Shown here piece by piece: positions 57,117 to 64,000 of a DNA stretch of 64,000 nucleotides (the first letter of the stretch is position 1; every line of letters begins with the position of its first letter). The translations under genes were made by a program, and so were the position numbers. Location: the NCBI GenBank assembly GCA_034226945.1, contig CP120455.1:434001-498000 (forward strand), read 5' to 3'. Below the pieces are notes generated by a model. That model saw only the letters and a program-made list of their open reading frames with translations, had not been told where the DNA came from and made no database searches. The DNA comes from Picochlorum sp. SENEW3 (Eukaryota).

Positions 57117-57975
57117 ATGTCAAACCCAGAGTATGATTATCTGTTCAAGGTTCGTGATCATTGTCGTTGGTGTTACTGTCAGCCTCTCCATGCCTTGGCA
57201 GGGCAAGGAATCTGGTTTTAGAATCCGTATTTGCAACCAAGTGTACCATATGGGGTATAATGTGGGCAGAGAGTAGGAATGAAACGTGTTTCACTCGACT
57301 GTTCGTGTTTGGGATTCTGATCCGACCGCACGGGCGGATGTGTGGGGTTTTTATTCCCATGGGACTTACTATGGCATATGAATGATTGTGCAGCTTTTAC
57401 TTATTGGGGATTCAGGGGTAGGGAAGTCGTGTTTGCTGCTTCGGTTTGCAGATGATACCTACACAGAGAGTTACATTTCAACGATAGGGGTGGATTTCAA
57501 GATTCGCACTGTAGAATTGGACTCTAAAGTGATCAAATTGCAGATCTGGGATACAGCTGGGCAGGAGCGATTTAGAACCATCACGTCCAGTTATTACAGA
57601 GGGGCACATGGCATTATTGTCACGTTTGATGTGACTGACCAGGAGAGTTTTAATAATGTGAAGCAGTGGCTGAATGAGATTGATAGATATGCGAATGAAA
57701 ATGTGAACAAGTTGTTGGTGGGAAACAAGTGTGATTTGGAGGATAAGAGGGTTGTTGATCAGGCGACTGCAAAGGCATTTGCCGAGGAGATTGGAATTCC
57801 GTATATCGAGACGTCTGCGAAGAATGCGACGAATGTCGAAGAGGCTTTTATGACCATGGCTGGGGAGATTAAAAACAGGATGGCAAAGGAGCCTGCATTG
57901 GCGAATGCGCCAGGAAGTACAATTCGGCCAGGGGAAGGCAAGTCTATTGCAGACCAAAAGTCAAGCTGTTGCTGA
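57117..57975 (+). CDS. RAB1: Rab1/Ypt1 (RabD) GTPase; intron 57150-57393
   Basis: [43 protein letters not shown]-terminal CC. Confidence 0.97.
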
Positions 57976-58033
57976 TCAGGGTCTCTCTTGTATGCATGTT
58001 TTGAAGTATATATAAATCTAGTGTAATGATGTA

Positions 58034-59031
58034 TCACTGTGTTTTCTTCTTTGGATTCTTGTATATGATGATTTGCATGACAACAATGCCATTCATCACC
58101 ATGGCTGCATATATGCAAGGAATCATGTGAGTTAGTACCAGGACCGACTCTATTCTATATGATTCAAACCACAATAACGAAAAAAAAATCACGTACACAT
58201 GATGACACCGCGAAGCATGGCTGCCCCACCCTGTTCCTGAAGTGTGGTGAACACTCGTGCCATGGTTCCCAAAAAGTTCATCAAGTAGGTGATGAAACTC
58301 AACTGCCCTGTACTCTTTGATCGATAATTCTGAGTAATCTGTGGTATCCTCGATACCAACAAGATGATGGAGTTGAGGTCAAAGAGCTTGTTGAGCAGTT
58401 CTGCTGTGAGATGACCTCCCTGTGCAGCAGCAAGCCAGGTCATGAGGCCTACGAGAACGACCACCCTTCTACCCAGTGACCTCTTTTGATATTTATAGAT
58501 GAGGAATAATAATACAATGTTTTGCAGCCCAATAGCCTACAGAAATATGATGGTGATGATCTCGAATCACAATTTTTAACATCTCGAAACATGTGTGACT
58601 ATACGTCAGTCAACCGTTTTGAACAACAACATCAGGCTGCTGTCCATCACATATACAGAAGACGTACCACACTCTCTCCGAATGCATTAAATGAAAGCTT
58701 GTGAACAAAACCGTATGTTGCCGCCACTGTTGCACAGAATGTTTCTATTTCAAACGAGGTTGGATTGAGTCCTTGAGCACTGCTTGAAGAAACAAGTTTG
58801 ACAATTTGAGGCACCTTGACCAGGCATGACGCTGCCACAATCCCTAATCCAAGCCCCTATAAATACAAAAGTGATGATTTAATGGCACTGTGCTGATGGA
58901 ACGTGTCCATATCGGTCAGACGTGCGTACCTCGCTGATTATGCTCTTGACGAGATCAGTTGGAGGCACATGTCCTCGCAATACGTGCTGTAATGCTATAG
59001 ATAGCAGTGTAATTACTCTGATTTCTACCAT
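58034..59031 (-). CDS. MPDU1: Mannose-P-dolichol utilization defect 1-like PQ-loop protein (4 exons)
   Basis: GLGIVAASCLVKVPQI, SRIPQITQNYRSKSTGQLS, ARVFTTLQE, KKKTQ ER-retrieval-like tail. Confidence 0.85.
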
Positions 59032-59975
59032 GGTGATATATATTTTCGCACTATAATTGCATCAAGGACGCTGGTTTCGTTGGACGACAATTCGTAAGAC
59101 AATGGGCATTGACTGACTGCCTCGTTTGCATCGAAAGAATCTGTCCAATCTGTCCGATATGCATATGCATATACTGGACCACATCTAGATGTCTATGCTG
59201 CATGGGAATGGTTGCTGTGGCGTTTGATGCAATTGCCTAATCTGCAGTCATGTTTCTTGGTAGATGGGAACCCATACTCACTCACTCACCCAGAGTTTGT
59301 GTTTGCCTTCTTCTTCAAAGTTGCAGATTTTTATTAGATCGCGATGGAATCACATCGCATCGTTGCTGCATTTTCTTGGTGGGTTGAGAATACACGCGTG
59401 TGTCAATGTGCATTCCCAGATCTTTAGATGCAGCCTTTCGTATCCGTTTGGAAATCATCTGGAGACAAGAAACAAACATGGAAGAGAGCTACTACTAGAT
59501 CTTCCAGATGCGCCTCTCATGGTTGGCCACGAAGGAATGATTGTTACGTTACGCATATAGATGTGTGTCTCAAGAGAGCCTTCGAGAGCAATGTCTCGCG
59601 TAAGAGACTACTGCTAAGGCTTGCCTGCAGGCAACCAGCTAGCTGGTGTACGTGATCACCATGGATCGTGGCCCTAGGAGAGGGGGCGTAAGCGCCAACG
59701 ATGCTGAGATCCTTGTCATGGAATCTTTGCACGCCTTGTGTACAGAAACTTGGTCGAGTTTTTAAAATGAATTTTGATAGCGTACAAAAGATATAATCTT
59801 GTGTTCAATGCGCATGTGAATCGAGGCACACGTGACGTACAACACGGGGCTATCTTTTGGACTCTCTGTAGGTCGAGCAGGAATTATACACGGTTACTAC
59901 TTCTCAGGGTACAGTTTCTTACTTTAATAATACTTTAAATTGATAGGAATAGATGCAAACAAAGTTTGAGGTGGA

Positions 59976-60959
59976 ATGGTGAGGTGGCTGCTGCTCCTGA
60001 CAAGTGTCCTCTTCTTGGCATCTAGCGCTGTGATACCCGTCATAGGGATTGATAATTCTTCACCGACGTCAGCAAATGCTTCTGTTGCTGAAATATCCGA
60101 TACAGCAACGCGGGAATTGCAGCAGCGAGGTGGTTTCGAAGCGAGACAGAGGAAGGTGGACGAAGATGAAGAACTAAGGCAACAAATCGAGCAAGCACTT
60201 CGTGCACAGGAGGCAGAAAAGGCGCATCGAGAGATGGAAGAGAAGCATATGAGAGAGCTCGAAGAAAAGCATAAACAGGAGTTGGAAGCGCGGCGGAAAA
60301 GTGATATGGAGGTGGAAGCAAGAAGAAAAAGGCAGGAGGAATTAAAAAGAAGACTAGAGGAGGAGATTAATAGAAGAGTAGAGGAGGAACTACAAAGAAG
60401 ACTGGGAGAGGAAGAGCGTCACAAGAAGGAAGAGGAGGAAAGACAAAAGAGGGAGGAAGAAGAGAAGAACAAAAAGGAGGAGGAGGAGCGTCAAAAGAAG
60501 GAGGAAGAAGAGAAGAAGAAAAAGGAAGAGGAGGAGCGCCGAAAAAAGGAGGAAGAGGAGAAGAAAAAAAAGGAAGAGGAAGAAGAAGAACTGAATTTCC
60601 AACACATCTTGGATACTAAAATTATCCCAGAATTAAAACAGAGGTGCAGTACATTCCCAAAATGGACTTCAGCACAAGTTGAACGATGCCTGAGCTTTGC
60701 TGAGGATGGCATAGAGTACGATCCCCTCATTTTTGATTTAGACGACGACGATTTTTCCTTCACCATGAATCCAGTTGAAAACACTATGGACCATGACGGG
60801 AGCACAATGCAAACCATTATGCTCAAGGTGATGTTTGTTGTTACCCTGATTGTGGCATACCTGAGGCATGTCAACTGGTTCAGGAAGAGCCAGATGTGGA
60901 ATTTGGCCATTCTGAAGATTCGGACTATTCTCAACTCAAAGCACCGGCATACTGGGTAG
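59976..60959 (+). CDS. Signal peptide plus E/K/R-rich helical region plus C-terminal TM; function unknown
   Basis: MVRWLLLLTSVLFLASSA; repeated KKEEEE units; hydrophobic VMFVVTLIVAYL. Confidence 0.75.
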   Translation: MVRWLLLLTSVLFLASSAVIPVIGIDNSSPTSANASVAEISDTATRELQQRGGFEARQRKVDEDEELRQQIEQALRAQEAEKAHREMEEKHMRELEEKHKQELEARRKSDMEVEARRKRQEELKRRLEEEINRRVEEELQRRLGEEERHKKEEEERQKREEEEKNKKEEEERQKKEEEEKKKKEEEERRKKEEEEKKKKEEEEEELNFQHILDTKIIPELKQRCSTFPKWTSAQVERCLSFAEDGIEYDPLIFDLDDDDFSFTMNPVENTMDHDGSTMQTIMLKVMFVVTLIVAYLRHVNWFRKSQMWNLAILKIRTILNSKHRHTG

Positions 60960-61309
60960 TAACCATTAATGTCGGCAAAGATCTTGTGCCTTTGTGATGT
61001 ACCAGAAACGGTTGCTATGGCACACACATCCTTCTCTCTGATACAAACATGACAAAGTATTCTTGTACATATATATACATTTCGTTGTTCATATTGGTTA
61101 TATATCTGTTTGTAAAGTTATTCATGTATAAAAGTGACTTGAGAAGAAGAATACAAGAAGTGTCACTATCAATTGCAATTGCAAGTCATTGACTGATTTC
61201 ATATTTATGTAGATCTCCACTAGTATTGCAAGGAGATGTGGCGAATGGCAATCGTGACATACAAAACCCTTGCATAAATTAGATCAGTAATCAATTTTAA
61301 ATCAATGTA

Positions 61310-62847
61310 ATGGCAATGGAGGGTAAAAAAAACACCAGAAGAGTTGCGGTGCTCGATCGACACTTACGTGTCGATTCGAGTTCAAGGGAGCAAACCTCCG
61401 AAAGCGACCATTTTCATCAGAATACAACATCGTCCATGCCATTATTCCGAACTCCAGAATTCTTATTCGCTGATTCGATGAAAAAGTTTCCCGAATCAGC
61501 AAGCAACGCGCTAGATTACGAATCCTTGCTCGGCAGGGAAGAGAAGGAGATTATTGCTCGTGTGAGGAGGTTTTCAGAGGAGCACGTGGCTCCTGTGATA
61601 TCTGACTACTGGGAAAAAGCTGAGTTTCCGTTTCCACTGCTTGGTAAATTTGCAGAACTTGGGATTGGTGGGGGCTGTTTACCAAGAGAGTATGGCTGCC
61701 AAGGATTGAGCCTTTTGAGCTGTGCCATGGCTGTTGTGGAGCTTGCTCGGGTTGATGGAAGCATGAGTACATTTTTCCTGGTACATTCATTCCTAGCGGC
61801 ATTGACCATTGGGATGCTGGGTTCCGAAGAGCAGAAGAGGGAGTTATTGCCAGACATGGCAACATTTGCAAAAGTGGGCTGCTGGGCGTTGACAGAGCCT
61901 TCGCATGGTAGTGATGCGTCTCACCTCTTATCAACTGCAAGAAAAGTGTCTGGTGGATGGGTTTTAAATGGAAGGAAGCGATGGATCGGAAATGGAACAT
62001 TTGCTGATATTGTTGTTGTTTTTGCCCGTAATGAAGGCACAAAGGATATCAATGCCTTTCTGGTGAGAAGAGGAAATCCAGGTCTCAAGACGACCAAGAT
62101 TGAGAATAAAATTGCGCTTCGGTGTGTTCAAAATGCTGATATCGAGCTCACTGATGCTTTTATTCCAGAGAGTGATCGATTGTCTGGTTTGAATTCCTTC
62201 AAGGATGTCAACAAGGTACGAATGCTACACGGGTTTGTCCCTTGACAAAAATACTTGCATATGATTTGAAACGATGACGGTGTGTGTGATTCTGTGTAGG
62301 TGTTAGCAGTGAGCAGAATCATGGTTGCATGGCAGCCAATTGGCCTGGCAGTGGGCGTGTATGACATGTACGTGATGCATCTTACGCATACACATTGCAT
62401 TCTCAGTGAATTACAATATAATCTTATGCTAAAGAAAAATTATTCTGCAGGTGTGTTCGGTATACAAAACAGAGATCTCAGTTTGAAACCCCAATAGCAG
62501 CATTTCAGTTGATTCAGGAAAAGATGCAGCGGATCTTGTCGACAACATCTGCCATGTGGCTCATGGCGTGGAGGGTGACACAGCTTGCTGAAGAGGGTGT
62601 GATGACACATGAGCAAGCGTCTCTTGTGAAAGCGTGGACCACACGTCAGGGAAGGGAGGTTGTGAGCTTGGGTCGAGAAATTCTTGGAGGGAACGGGATC
62701 CTATCAGACTTTTTGGTTGCCAAAGCATTCTGTGACTGCGAAGCATATTACTCATACGAAGGGACCTATGAAGTGAATTCATTAGTCGTTGGACGAGGGA
62801 TCACGGGCATATCTGCCATCCGTCCAAAACAACAACAAACCAGGTGA
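61310..62847 (+). CDS. ACX4: Short-chain acyl-CoA oxidase (ACX4-like, acyl-CoA dehydrogenase fold); introns about 62216-62299 and 62368-62450
   Basis: WALTEPSHGSDAS, KRWIGNGTFAD, KIENKIALRCVQN, YSYEGTYEVNSLV. Confidence 0.88.
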
Positions 62848-62875
62848 TTTGTCTTCTTACCTCATCATTATTATT

Positions 62876-64000
62876 CTATATCAATTTCGTCAGCTTCATA
62901 TACAGCATAATTCCGTAGAATGTCAGCAGACAGCATACTGCAGCAAAAATGTTCACGCCAAAAAATTGTGATACACTGCTGGTTATTTGTTCTGGAATGA
63001 TGAGGTTCTCTCCCAAAATGCCTGCAACCAAATTGAATGGCATGATTGCAAACGTTGCAACGGAGAGGATAATGTCCATACGAATCAACCTATTTCTAGA
63101 AGAATCCAATTCGATATTGATATATTCCTCTGTATCCTTGATGTACTCTCCGACAGATACGAGCTTGTCATACATGGCATCCACTTGCATAAAATAACTT
63201 TCCAGCAGATTTTCCACCTCAAGATGCGCTTCAGCATCAGCCTCTGCATCTTCTTCTTGAGCAAGGCTAGTAGAAATACCACCCTGCGCTTGAGCAGCAA
63301 CAGATGGGTGTGTTGACATGCTAGAGCGTGCAAGAAATGGCCGCCGTAGACTAGATGATATCAGACTCCTACTCATGGCAGGGTGCAGACCATCACCTAC
63401 ATCATTCAACGCTCCCACATCTGGCTGTGATGTGACTCGTATCGCTTCCTCCTCAATTTCCTTTCTCCTTGTCAAGCACATCTTGTCCATATCCTCATCA
63501 TCCTGTAAAAACCTTTCCAATTCATCCCGTACAGCTTCACACCGCACCGTAGTCCGCTGCAACCGAGTTTTAACTTTTCGCACTCGCTCCAAATTCGACG
63601 GATTCACTGCTTTTACGACCGCATCCATGGCTGGCATAATGACGCCTTCAATGTCGGACGCCTGCAGAGAAATTGAGGATATCACTTCCTTTAATGCTGC
63701 TTCTAGCACAATCAATTCAAAGGGCAGCGGCTGAAACTCTTGTTGAACATCTTCACTCATCGAAAGCGTTTCATCATGATGCTCTGGACTCGATGAATCA
63801 TCAACCTGGAACACCTGATTTCCCCTTTCAGGAGATGACTGTGCCAGCTGATCTGCAACCCGAGCCTTGTGATCCAACCATTCATGAATAGCCTCCTCCA
63901 GCAAGTCCAAAAACCTCGCCGTTAAAGGATTTTCTTCGATCTCGTTCCGCGGAAGAATCACCCTATCACACATGATGATGACCCGCACATGCTCCAACGA
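62876..64000 (-). CDS. MRS2: MRS2/CorA-family Mg transporter, 5' end beyond the window
   Basis: PFELIVLEAAL, EVENLLESYF, DTEEYINIELDSSRNRLI, two C-terminal TMs. Confidence 0.9.
   Translation of the reverse strand, partial: SLEHVRVIIMCDRVILPRNEIEENPLTARFLDLLEEAIHEWLDHKARVADQLAQSSPERGNQVFQVDDSSSPEHHDETLSMSEDVQQEFQPLPFELIVLEAALKEVISSISLQASDIEGVIMPAMDAVVKAVNPSNLERVRKVKTRLQRTTVRCEAVRDELERFLQDDEDMDKMCLTRRKEIEEEAIRVTSQPDVGALNDVGDGLHPAMSRSLISSSLRRPFLARSSMSTHPSVAAQAQGGISTSLAQEEDAEADAEAHLEVENLLESYFMQVDAMYDKLVSVGEYIKDTEEYINIELDSSRNRLIRMDIILSVATFAIMPFNLVAGILGENLIIPEQITSSVSQFFGVNIFAAVCCLLTFYGIMLYMKLTKLI

Overview
Eukaryotic nuclear DNA from a gene-dense green alga. Evidence: short GT-AG introns (mostly 60-250 nt), very short intergenic gaps, PsaG, CYP51, plastid transit peptides and a BSL kelch phosphatase. 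The style fits a compact trebouxiophyte such as Picochlorum (inference). About 45 protein genes can be supported, mostly housekeeping: MED4, LSM2, cyclophilin-SYF2, two ABCB28-like half transporters, DJ-1, CYP51, Mis18, CBP20, RPN8, PP4, PIG-P, VPS37, SEC24, RAB1, MPDU1, ACX4 and MRS2. The most striking element sits in a gene-poor island at about 35.3-37.6 kb. It is a circularly permuted tRNA-Leu(CAG) gene on the minus strand, with the 3' half (36633-36674) lying upstream of the 5' half (36563-36599). The halves rebuild a complete cloverleaf, and there are complementary leader/trailer ends and a Pol III T-run. Other leads: tandem genes separated by only about 2-22 nt (candidate polycistrons), a duplicated structured 57-bp element, an MRS2 with GEN in place of GMN, an ACX4 with PTS2 but no PTS1, and several unusual domain fusions. 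All calls are by eye, without database searches.
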